DNA of 64,000 nt, from positions 33,725 through 97,724 of the forward strand of contig MCFE01000310.1 in the NCBI GenBank assembly GCA_002104905.1. The letters run 5' to 3'. Positions 36,596 through 47,349 of the stretch are shown one piece after another (position 1 is the stretch's first letter; the number at the start of each line of letters is the position of its first letter). The position numbers and the translations under genes are program-made. This stretch comes from Basidiobolus meristosporus CBS 931.73. Lineage: Eukaryota; Fungi; Basidiobolomycota. Below the pieces are notes generated by a model, which ran no database searches, was not told where the DNA came from, and saw only the letters and a program-made list of their open reading frames with translations.

Positions 36596-37668
36596 TTAAA
36601 GTGCTGGCCCAATATTGGCTTCAGTGGATTGACTAACAAGGCTCTCGGACAACAATGGATTCTGTTCAGGATTGAAGGATCTAGATATCTTGGATCCTAG
36701 AGTCAACCTATTTCTTCCGCTTAACAACGAAGATGGATCTGATCTAGTTTCGAATGGCCTCTCCGAGTGTGCCAGTTTAAGCGACGGGTAATACTGATGG
36801 TAGGAGAAATAGGCAGCAGCCAAGCCTGATGATTACAAATGGTATCAGCGAATGCGGCATGATTGGCTATCAAAATCAATCAAGAACCTATCAATCCACC
36901 GGCCACCACATCGGACCAATGATGTCTGTAGTCCTCGATTCTAGATATTCCGATTAAACTAGCACCAAGTAGAGGGGTGAGCACCAGAAAGCACTTATAA
37001 GTATGGCCGCGTTCATCGAACAAATGGAGTTTACCCGCAAGATAGAAGCTGAAGAAACCTAATCCTGAAAACGCCACTTAAAGTAGATTCATTTAGTATG
37101 GTGGTTCGTTTACCCTATATGGAAAAAGATGCTTACTGGTCGTATGACCACTGGGAAAGCTTTTCATCCCATCGTTGAGGATATATTGATCCGGTTGAGT
37201 GCAGATTTTTGTTGAGCTTAGTCTCAAGGGTGGGTCGTTTGGTGGAGCTCCGTTTTCGAACTGCGGTCTGCATCTGTCGAGGAAGTCTGGTCTGTGCCTT
37301 CCGACAGACGATTTGAGGATCCCAGTGACGAGAAACGACAGTGATACTGCCAGGATCAGGCCCAACAGCCCATTGTGCGAGTCGAGAATCCCTTGCTTTT
37401 TTAAGTACGAAATCCCTACGATGAGTAGGGCGGGAAGGAGAATGGATAGCACCATGTCCATGCCGATATTCAGCCTCTCGTGTGGTTGAAATGGGTAGCT
37501 GATGGTTTTGTCTGCCATGGAGAATTCCTTCTCGAAGGGGTCTATCTGGTCGATCCAGAAAAATATGCAGGTGAGAACGCCCACAATGATCCAATCCCAT
37601 ATGTAAATTGATAGCACCGTACGAAGTGAGATCGAATCTCTTCCAAATTGTACCGTTCTTGTGGTCAT
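36596..37668 (-). CDS. PAP2-family lipid phosphate phosphatase (Dpp1/Lpp1-like), 3 exons
   Basis: [15 protein letters not shown] (C1), KSFPSGH (C2) and [16 protein letters not shown] (C3). Confidence 0.93.
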
Positions 37669-37805
37669 TCAAATCAAGCTTGTATTGAGAATTGTATGAT
37701 TCCCAACAAGACGTTATCAGGATATATATATACAAATTTATTTGTGCCAAACTGGTCGATCATTATGGTTGGCTGATGGTGTTCGTTTTTGCCTCTGACT
37801 TGCCT

Positions 37806-37832
37806 TGTGTGTGTGTGTGTGTGAGTGTGTGT
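37806..37832. repeat. (TG)n microsatellite
   Basis: TGTGTGTGTGTGTGTGTGAGTGTGTGT. Confidence 0.85.
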
Positions 37833-38083
37833 ATATGCATGAAGGGGTTTTTGCAATTTCGATGATGGTTGAGACACTTGGTGATGTATACGCTTAATCA
37901 GATATGACGTGTAGTGATTAAGTGTCTGCTTAATTAAGTAGATATTTATGTCGAAATCGCCAGATCATTACGACACCAGATCAAACGTCACATCACTCTC
38001 AGTTACGTGAGAAAAATCAATCCAGCAAATAATTAGCACACATTATCCAGTATTTCGAACACCTTCCTTTTCTCATAAAACAA

Positions 38084-39925
38084 ATGGCTTCGCAGGATCC
38101 AAGTATAGACGTTGAGTGTCCCATTTTAGTTGAGTAAGAAGAGTTTGTTAGTTTTTGCCGAGGCTCGAATCTTGAAGAGTGCGCTCAACAAGCATTTTAT
38201 TTTAGCACTGAGGAAGTCCCTGACCTGATTGAGGTCCAAGAGCACGCTGTGAATAAGTAATTGACCCAGAATCCTGCTGAGACTTGCCAACAGAATTTTG
38301 ATGGATTTTCGCTTGAATTAGGCCTCTGGAAGAGAGTGACATCGAGAAAAAGATTCCCATCACCATTGTGACCGGTTTCCTTGGTTCTGGGAAGACCACT
38401 TTGTTGAATTACATACTTACCGAGCAACATAACAAACGTGTCGCAGTTATCTTGAACGAGTTCGGAGAAAGTAGCTTTCGTTCCCCTAGAATAAACCACT
38501 CTATCGCCTCCAGTTATTAATGCTTTATCCATTAGGCAGCGATATTGAGAAGTCTCTTTCTGTCAATCAAGACGGAGAGTTGTATGAAGAGTGGTTGGAG
38601 TTGCGCAATGGATGTTTGTGTTGTTCTGTAAAGTAAGTCCAAATAAGCACACTGTTCATAAACGGCGATAGTAATGTTTCCCAGGGATTCAGGAGTCAAG
38701 GCCATTGAGAATCTCATGACCAAAAAGGGAAAGTTCGACTACATTCTCTTGGAAACCACCGGTACATGATCATTTTATATCTCGTTTTAGAAGGGTTTTA
38801 TTGATGGTTCTCTGTTTATATATAGGTCTGGCCGATCCAGGTATGTGTGAATCGACCTGACATAGAACCAAAATATGGAAAATCATGACAAGCCATGACC
38901 TTTAGGTCCTATTGCTTCGATCTTTTGGCTGGACGATCAATTATGCAGTGAGATCTTTCTTGATGGAATTATCACTGTTGTAGATGCCAAACATATCGAA
39001 CAGGTAATTCCAAACCCTTCTCGCAGATAAGAATACCCACTTACGCAATCGACCCAGCAACTCAAAGAGAGAAAAGACAACGATGAAGTAAATGAGGCTA
39101 CCAGGTTAGTATCTAGGGCAATCCAGACAGTTCTCTACTCCGCTTCTTAAACGAAACCTACCTCCATTACAGACAAATCGCACTTGCTGATAGGATTGTA
39201 TTGAACAAGATTGATTTGGTGAAAGAAGATGAGGTGGAGAATCTCGAATCAGTTATCAGGTAAATGGTCTCTGTTAGGATACACGGAAATGTGAGATATA
39301 CACTTACACCCTCGCTTTTAGATCAATCAACTCTGAGACTAGGCTGTTGAAAACCGAAAAGGCCAAGTAAGACCATCTACATCAACCAACTGGGTCATTG
39401 AAGCTTGACCGACTCATCCAATCCTTAGAGTACCAATGGACTTCATCCTGGATATTGGAGCATACGATGTCAATACCACCAAGAGTGCACCTGAGTTTGT
39501 CAAGTCGTCGGCCAAGAGTCATCTGGATCAGGTAGCGTTTGATGTACAGCACACCAAGCGAATCGTTGCATTTGATTTACGTCGTTGATTTCCAGAACGT
39601 AACCACGGTTTGTATCCGATTCAAAAACGACTGTGAGGATGTGAAGAAGGTGGAGAGCTGGATTCAGGAGCTGTTGTGGGAAGGGAAGGTTCCCGGCCAG
39701 GAAGAGAGTGGTAAGGAGGTGACTGTCTTGAGATTGAAGGGTATCTTGACGCCCCAAGGTCGGCCTCAAGTCAGAGTAGTTATCCAAGGGGTTCAGCAGA
39801 TTTACGATATGCAAGAGATTCCAATCACTTCGGATACCACGAAGGAGAGCAAACTTGTACTGATTGGCAAGGGATTGAATCAAGCTCAGTTGGAACAATC
39901 GTTGTGGAGTTTCCTAGGTCACTGA
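38084..39925 (+). CDS. ZNG1: COG0523/CobW GTPase, Zn-regulated GTPase metalloprotein activator (ZNG1/CBWD), many exons
   Basis: [17 protein letters not shown]|TEEVPDLIE..., [33 protein letters not shown] (GCxCC), LETTG|LADPG, LRLKG...QGVQQIYD (CobW_C). Confidence 0.92.
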
Positions 39926-40066
39926 CTTGCATCAATTCTACCATCTGTCGAATTTCCCATTTATGCACACGTTAGAATTAAACTTCATATATTTCATGTC
40001 TGTGTTCGACTCGGTTCTGTTCCAACCAAGCACGAGCTATGTTACATTTGGCTATGTTATGGTGGT

Positions 40067-40501
40067 TTATTCTTTGGTCTCTTCATTCTCTTGTGATTGG
40101 TTTTTAGAACCAGGAACTACGATGTTAATGCTAATCTGCACTGGGATCTCCTCCTCACCGCATCGAACCTTTGCTTTTCCTGTGGTTGACCAGCCGTAGC
40201 TTCCGGTAGACATCTTGATTGGCTTCGCAACCAAAGACGCGACGGTGACTTCACTTCCCTCAGCATCTTCATAATCGTTGGAGAGGGTTACATTTAATGG
40301 GTGGGCCAACTCCAAGAAGGTTTCCAAAGGCGGCAAGGCCTGGGACATTGGGGGGTCAGTAAGACAAAGGTCGCTGGGTTGGATACAAATGCTTACCTCA
40401 GTTTTGGACTTCTTCGGCGACTGCTCTAGTTTAGGTTCTTCCGGCTCAGTCGGCTCCTTTCTTTTGGCTACTTCCGGAGTATCTACTTTCGTGTCTGGCA
40501 T
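40067..40501 (-). CDS. Uncharacterised small protein with a KMSTGSYGW...VQISINIVVPGSK domain
   Basis: Lys/Pro/Glu-rich N-terminus, probable in-frame 57-nt intron (40340-40396, GTAAGC..CAG), and a compact beta-rich-looking C-terminal domain. Confidence 0.65.
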   Translation of the reverse strand: MPDTKVDTPEVAKRKEPTEPEEPKLEQSPKKSKTEVSICIQPSDLCLTDPPMSQALPPLETFLELAHPLNVTLSNDYEDAEGSEVTVASLVAKPIKMSTGSYGWSTTGKAKVRCGEEEIPVQISINIVVPGSKNQSQENEETKE

Positions 40502-40780
40502 TGCTCTGATGGAAGGATTTCTGCAGATGGATGGGAAGTCGTCGTATGGCAATTTATACTTGCTGTGGAATAGGGGCAGCTGTGTTGTTGGCGAGGACGT
40601 ACCTATTAGGTCATATTATTGCAAATTCAAACCGGAATTCAATATGTGCGCGGATGGTACCACATCAGAGCAGGCACATCAGTCCAGGTTAGATCGAAAT
40701 GATGTAGTAAGCATCGACCAATTCCAGGAATGTTGGTGAATTTATTTGGTTTGAAGGTATTTAGCACAGAGGGCTGATCA

Positions 40781-42012
40781 TTAAGGTGTGTTGAAGATAT
40801 GGATATGCTCATCCCAAGCACAAGTAGCGACCTGTCCTTCATGGTAGAGGTTGAAATCGATTCCAAGTACAAATTCGGTGTGGAGATCATGCACATGGAC
40901 TAATTGTGATTTGGTGATGTCCCAGAATCTTGTAGTCATGTCGTAGGATGTAGTGGCGACTAAATCACCATGATGTGGGGAGCATTTCACGTTACGAATG
41001 GCAAACTCGTGGCCACGTAGCGTTGTCACCGGGCGATCTGGGAACCGAATATCCCATACCCTTGCGGTGTTATCCACCGATCCCGTAACAATCATCCCCT
41101 CGCGGTACTTGTTCCAATCTAAAGCAAGAACCTCGTTCGAGTGGGCCCGAATGGTTTGGATACTGTTGGGCATTTTGGTGTCCCAGAGCTTCACGGTGTG
41201 ATCACCAGATGCAGAGGCAAACATGTCAGGATTTGTCGGCGACCAGGATGCATTATATACACAGTGTGAATGCTCAGCAAAGGTCATAAGCGAAGTGGGG
41301 CTTTGCGGTGACCACTACATTGTAATAGCCTGATAAGTAAACGTCAACTGCATGCACGTGTGTCTCGTGATGCTTACCAATTTGATGGTGTGATCCCAAG
41401 AGCTAGTTAAGAAAGTGTCTTTTTTGATGAAGTTCCAATTGACTGAGAAAACCTCTCTTTGATGCTCCTGCCAGTTACTAATCGGAAATTGCTACCGAAG
41501 ACAGATAAATAGATAAGTTCAAAAGCCCAAATCCGCATCGGCCAAGAAGAAACCCACCGGTGCGTTCACGTCCCACAACTTTACTGAGCCGTCCCCGCTA
41601 GAGGTAGCCAAATGGTTTTCATTTTGCTCACTCCAAGAAACATCGTATAACCCGTCCTGTGTATCATACCTAGACAAAAGTATCGGATTAGTGTCGAGAT
41701 AAGGATATAGGCCTAACATTATGGCTCGTACATATTGGCGACAGCTACTCCAGCTGGCCCAACGCCAGTATCCAACACGTAAAGTCGGCCATTGCCGACT
41801 AAACCGAAGTTAGCCGAAGCAGCGCAAGCCAGCTTGTTTTCAAAAAAGGGGCTGAATTGGACCTATTGAACGGGTGCACTTAGTAAAAGCCAATGCTCAG
41901 GAGGTTGAGCGACCAATGTCCGCATGTACTCCATAGATGCAAATCGCTCTCCAGCCAAAATAACAATACTTACCGCATAACCGTTGTACCCTTCGGTGCG
42001 AAATTTGAGCAT
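40781..42012 (-). CDS. PEX7: Peroxisomal PTS2 receptor Pex7 (WD40), multi-exon
   Basis: MLKFRTEGYNGYAV|QFSPFFENKLACAASANFGLVGNGRL, YDTQDGLYDVSWSEQNENHL, SGDGSVKLWD, H.FAIRNVKCSPH, SYDMTTRFWD. Confidence 0.96.
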
Positions 42013-42387
42013 GTTCGATTTGTATTTTGAGGGTAGAGACTCCAAGAAAACGTGAGGCGCAAGGAACTACGTAATGAGACTACCGCCGATTCAATTAGTC
42101 CCGGATTACAACCAAGTCAGAAGTGGAAAGCTCGAACGGAAGTGAAATATATGAAACAACGCACGATGACTTGTAACTTGGATAAAATAGCCTACTTTCC
42201 CCATTCACACTACTGCCACCCAGGCTCTATTGCACGTGATTCCGAGTAGATTATCGTATCTGGCAAATTGATTTGTCATTGTATTCATGCCAACCTGAGA
42301 TGGAGTTCAATAGGGAATCAAATTTATACACAGATCTCTCGACGTTTTATTATCTTGGGTGGATGAGGAAATACAGGAGAATGGGGC

Positions 42388-44388
42388 TCAGCGACGATAG
42401 AAATGTCTTCTGAAGTGGAAATGAAGCTGAAGCACACCACGATCGAAGCTACTACGGAACCCTTTTTTGTGCGAGTATTCCCACTCTCTATTGACAATGC
42501 GGAAGGCTATGTCTTCGTAGGGCGGCCCTGCAACGAACCTGATGAACACCGTCTCCCCGTTCACCGCCTCGGGATCCGGCTCGATCTTGTACGTTGGTGC
42601 TTGTGACTTGTCAATCAGATCGGGATAGAATATGTTGAACTTGTAGCCCTGGACAACCTTGGGTGGTGGGTTATCCACGTCGTAATGTGTTTGGTTGTAC
42701 TTGTTCCATTCGTAGCCGGTGTGAACACGGTTGAAGAACCTTGGCTTACGGGGTCGGTACTTGTCCTCCCAAAGGTAAGTCGTCTTGGCAAGGGAAGCCT
42801 CGATGTTGAAGAAATCTTCATCCTCATCCAGATCCTGTGCCGCTTCCTTCTCGTACAGGATTCGCGAAATCTCCGAGTCAAGGTCAGTTTGTATGGCCTC
42901 CACAGGCTTCCTGATTATCTCCAGTTTACGAGGGAAGAAGTGGTTCTTCTGGACATTTTGACGTGCTTGGAGCAGCTTCTGAAGCTCCTCCTCAGGGTCC
43001 AACACTGGCAAATCCCGGTCTTCACGGGGAATCTCGCTACACAAAATGGGACTCATTGCTCTGTTGTACGGTATCCCTTGCTCTACCTCTGTTGTCATGG
43101 GCTCATCAGCTTCGTCACCCTTGGCAATCTCTTGCTGTAGCGTCTCTTGGAGCTCGTGCTGTACCTTCAGTGCATCCTCTCGCTGTTTATTCCGAAGCTG
43201 CTCAAGTCTCTTCTGGATGATCACCGTGTGCATGTTTCTAAGCTTAACCTTGGCTTTCCATACCACCAGAGCCTTAAGAAGCTGCTCCCAGTATTCGGTA
43301 TCTATAGGCTCATTACTCGCGAGTTTACGGTGGATTTGTTCTTCGAGAATAGTTAGCTGTTCGTACGTTTTGTTTGACAGCAGGTTGGTTATATCGTCAG
43401 CAACTGCATCAACAATCCCGCTTGGATTGCTTGCTTGTGCCCGTAGTGTGGAGAGCTTGTCTTCGCATACAACGCTCATCGACTCCCAGAATTCAATATT
43501 TTTTGGCTTTTTCTCGAGCGTCAGATACAATTGGAGGTCGTTTTTGAGTTCGACAACATCGTCGTACTCCAGGTTTTCGAAAATCGCATACGGCTCGTCC
43601 ATACTTATTTCCAACCCGAGATCCTCGGCTTTATCCCCTTCGTCAGCGAGTCGAATGTTGATGGCCAAAATATCGATAGGCTTCGCCCGGTTCTCCTTGA
43701 TGCGAATCTCCGCACGCAACTTGGCTTGCTCTAGATGGAACTCGTCCTCCTTTGATTGCCAATCCCCTAGTGCGGCCAAATCCGCCTCTCTCTGTAGTCT
43801 AGCCTTCTCCTCTTCTCTTAATTGCATTTCAATCTCTCTTTCGGTACGTCTCTTATTCAGCTTTTCGAGTTCGATCTTGGCCTCCTCCCGACGCTCTCTT
43901 TCGCGTCTAGCGATCTCGCTTTCCGATAAACCCAATTTCGAATCTTTCTCCTTCTTCTTACGCCACACGAACTTCTGACCCAGGTTGGAGTCGCCGAAAG
44001 GGTTATCGACCTCGGTGTAACCAAAATTCTCCGCTATGGCCAGGATTTCGCTTCTTTTCTCTCTTCTCCTTTGCTCTTTCCGCAGCTTTCTCTCCTCGGA
44101 AGTTTCCCGTCTCTTGGACTTCTTTTTCTCCTTGCTTCTTTTGGATTTTCTGGAGTGCTCATCGGAATCGGAGGGAGATCGGTGTTTTCTTGAGCTTTTA
44201 CGACTCGGGGAGCCACGATCTCTATCATTTGATGCAGATCGGCTTCTATGCCTTCTGCGTGGAGAACGTGACCTTGACCGTGACCGTGACGGGGACCGTC
44301 GACTCCTTCGATGGCCATCCCTGGAATCATCTCTATCACGTCGCCTGGAATGGCGGGATCGCTCCGGGCTAACGGAGCGGCGTGGCAT
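42388..44388 (-). CDS. CACTIN: Cactin splicing factor, intronless
   Basis: RS-rich N-terminus, YTEVDNPFGDSNL.QKFVW, WQSKEDEFHLEQAKLRAEIRIKENRAKPID, KYRPRKPRFFNRVHTGYEWNKYNQTHYD.DNPPPKVVQGYKFNIFYPDLID. Confidence 0.97.
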   Translation of the reverse strand: MPRRSVSPERSRHSRRRDRDDSRDGHRRSRRSPSRSRSRSRSPRRRHRSRSASNDRDRGSPSRKSSRKHRSPSDSDEHSRKSKRSKEKKKSKRRETSEERKLRKEQRRREKRSEILAIAENFGYTEVDNPFGDSNLGQKFVWRKKKEKDSKLGLSESEIARRERERREEAKIELEKLNKRRTEREIEMQLREEEKARLQREADLAALGDWQSKEDEFHLEQAKLRAEIRIKENRAKPIDILAINIRLADEGDKAEDLGLEISMDEPYAIFENLEYDDVVELKNDLQLYLTLEKKPKNIEFWESMSVVCEDKLSTLRAQASNPSGIVDAVADDITNLLSNKTYEQLTILEEQIHRKLASNEPIDTEYWEQLLKALVVWKAKVKLRNMHTVIIQKRLEQLRNKQREDALKVQHELQETLQQEIAKGDEADEPMTTEVEQGIPYNRAMSPILCSEIPREDRDLPVLDPEEELQKLLQARQNVQKNHFFPRKLEIIRKPVEAIQTDLDSEISRILYEKEAAQDLDEDEDFFNIEASLAKTTYLWEDKYRPRKPRFFNRVHTGYEWNKYNQTHYDVDNPPPKVVQGYKFNIFYPDLIDKSQAPTYKIEPDPEAVNGETVFIRFVAGPPYEDIAFRIVNREWEYSHKKGFRSSFDRGVLQLHFHFRRHFYRR

Positions 44389-45218
44389 TGTACAAACTAG
44401 TCTATCAACTCAACGCCAGGTTGAAAGAGCCAAGATTAAATTGTAGGGGTAGGATATTGTATGATAATTCGAATTTACTAGAATTAAATAGTGGGCAAAT
44501 TCCATTAACTGATTGCTTAATTTTCATGGCTAACTTATGCTTGGTAGCTCATTATTCCTCACACAATAAGACAGCCTAATCTATGTTCGTTCTATGATGG
44601 GATATATATCACATACTTGCTAACTTGGCATAGTGTGTCCTGGTGTTCAGTATGATGAGAATATCCCACTAAGGTTTGTCGATTGTCAACATGAAGAATT
44701 GTCACTCAAACTATACCTTTGTCTCTATGCCAGACGGATCGGAGTATGTAAAGTGGTGCTTATCATTTTCATTGGGTAATTGAGCTGTTGCTTTGTATTT
44801 GAAAATTTCAATAGGATATGCTTACTATCCAAATGATAGATGAAATCATATAGCAAGATTCCGACGGCTTCCGATCGATCAAAAATTATCATCCGATCAA
44901 TCATTTATTGATCAGCTTGATCATATTCATTTTCCGCTTATCGGAAAATAATACATTCGGTGGCTTAGATACTTCGAGGTTGTTTATCCAGTTAGGTGGG
45001 TGTAAATGCTTCATGTTCGCGTAATAAATAGCTTTCTATCAATTCTTCAACTCGTTGTAAATGCCCTTTTTAGCGTAATATCCCATATCAGCTATAAATA
45101 TTCAATTCAAACATTTATTTTCCGTCTAAGCCACTGTTTCCAACAGTGGATGGCTTGTACTGTGGGTGGTCGTCAGCATCTTTATGCAAAATATTCATAT
45201 TACGAGAGAGAGATCAGT

Positions 45219-45670
45219 TCAGCATGTGATAGTGGAGGGTAGTGGCTTGTAGACATCATCCACCTCACTGTCTCTGAGGAAATACTCTTGCCAAGTGGCG
45301 ACATGGTCCGGAATCTTCGGTAACATACTATCAATCCATCGAAGTAACCGAAGCCCGATGATAAACATACCTGGAGTCAATAAGAGTCATCTACATCAGA
45401 TCAATGACAAAAAAACCTGTGCGATGTTAGTGGGACCCAATTTCTTCTTCAGGAAATTGCTGAAGAGATTTCATTATCATGTGGGTGAGTTTATAGGTCG
45501 AATTGGATATATCTGGCAATAATGTAACACTTGGTGGGGTCGATATCCATGCCGATATCTATACCCCGTACCTATATTCCTCAAGGGTCAAGGGTTTATT
45601 GGCTTCATTCCACACCAACAGTAAAATCCTTTTATTTCCGAGGGATGCGCGTATCAGCCGGGTCAATCAT
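45219..45670 (-). pseudogene. Possible degraded spliced gene divergent from CPA1
   Basis: Intron-like intervals 45513-45571 (GTACGG..CAG) and 45315-45370 (GTATGT..AAG). Fragments PLTLEEY|RYIQFDL..YKLTHMIMKSLQQFPEEEI and FFVIDLM*MTLIDS need a frameshift and a stop to join. Confidence 0.25.
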
Positions 45671-45814
45671 GATTGGTCATGTATACTGAGAGCAACACAT
45701 TCTTTTGTATTTAAGCACACCAAGTGGTATACGAAATGCATTCCTCATCCCTCTGTCATATCTACCAACAGATCCTCTGACGAAGACAAAAGCAAGCTAA
45801 CCTTCAAGGTTTAT

Positions 45815-45954
45815 ATGTACATTCACACTCAAGAGAAAAACTCCGCTGACTACATCTCTGATCAAAGTATGAATAATTGGCATCTCTGGGTGTTGACGGC
45901 GGATACTAATCCCTTTTCTCTACAGTTTGGAAAGCCCTTGCCCAAAGCTGTTAA
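45815..45954 (+). CDS. Arginine attenuator peptide (AAP) uORF, 26 aa, split by a 59-nt intron (45867-45925)
   Basis: Spliced [17 protein letters not shown]|[10 protein letters not shown]12, Y13, S15, D16 and W19 are in the same register as Neurospora arg-2 AAP. Intron has GTATGA donor, TACTAAT branch and TACAG acceptor. Stop lies 77 nt before the CPA1 ATG. Confidence 0.92.
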
Positions 45955-46031
45955 TTCACTACCAAACCGGAAACGCTACATCAACCACTTTTATAAGAAA
46001 GCCATCGCTCAATATCTACATTACCAAGAAA

Positions 46032-47349
46032 ATGCCCATCCTAACAAAGTCAACCAACGCTCTCCTTGGCAGCTCCAAGCTTGCTAGAAACCTATACTCC
46101 GTTCGTAAGCTGGCCACAATCACCGACTCTCCTGTGCACTCCACTTCATTTGTCCCTCCAGTTGTTAATTCGACCTCATCTCTTGCTGCCTTGAAGCTGA
46201 AGTCTGGTCACATCTTCAAGGGCACCTCTTTCGGTGCTTCCCAATCCACCTTCGGCGAAACAGTATTCACTACTTCGCTAGTCGGTTACCCAGAATCCAT
46301 GACTGATCCATCTTATCGCGGACAAATCCTTGTATTCACTCAACCACTCATCGGAAACTACGGCGTTCCTGGTCAAACCAAGGATGAATACGGGCTGTTG
46401 AAATACTTCGAGTCCGAAGGCATCCACTGCCGAGGTATTGTCGTCAGCGATTACGCTACCAAGTACTCTCACTGGAATGCTGTTGAGTCCCTTGGTGAAT
46501 GGTGTGCCCGCAGCAACATCCCAGCTATCAGCGGTGTTGATACCAGAGCGATAGTGCATGTTCTTCGCGACCAAGGCTCAACACTGGGGCAACTTGCAGT
46601 TGGAGCGCATGATATCGAGGCACCTGTCACTGAGTTCGAAGATCCCAATCAGACCAACCTTGTTTCTCAAGTATCCACCAAAACTCCGATCGAATACAAC
46701 CCCAAGGGAGATGTGAAGATTGCCGTTGTCGACTGTGGTATCAAGCAAAATATCATTCGTTGCCTGGTATCTCGTGGCGCCCACGTGACTCTTTTGCCCT
46801 GGGATTATGATTACAACAAGGAGGCCTCGAAGTATGACGGGTTGTTCATTTCCAACGGCCCTGGATCCCCTACTGCCCTTGGCGCCACCGTAAACCATCT
46901 CCGTTACCGCTATTGACTCCTTTAACAAGCCCATATTTGGTATTTGTATGGGAAATCTGGTTCTTGGACTTGCTGCCGGATTGGATTCATACAAGCTACG
47001 ATTTGGAAATCGTGGACACAACCAACCTGCTGTGAACGTAGTCAATGGCCAATGTGTTATCACCTCTCAGAACCACGGTTACGCTCTTCAAGATAACAAT
47101 TTGCCCTCGGGTTGGGCCAAATACTTCATCAATGCGAATGACGGCTCCAATGAAGGGATTCGACATATGAGCAAACCCATCCGTTCTGTCCAATTCCACC
47201 CCGAAGCCAAGGGCGGGCCACAAGATACGGAGTACCTATTCAATGAATTCCTTGAAGAGGTCCGTGCTGACAAGGCCAAGAGATATGGAACCAGTGTCTT
47301 TGTTGAGGAGACGATCCCTGTTCAAAGAGAAAGCATTGCCGTAGCATAG
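46032..47349 (+). CDS. CPA1: Arginine-specific carbamoyl-phosphate synthase small subunit, with a 1-nt frameshift at ~46904
   Basis: Mitochondrial presequence, [49 protein letters not shown] (catalytic Cys), SQNHGYA, VQFHPEA. Confidence 0.95.

Noticed and set aside
43046-43978. 310-aa plus-strand ORF
   Set aside because: Antisense shadow of Cactin; Ser-rich composition typical of such artefacts.
45503-46087. 194-aa ORF upstream of CPA1
   Set aside because: It is the unspliced read-through of the AAP uORF frame plus flanking DNA. Only the spliced 26-aa peptide has family support.
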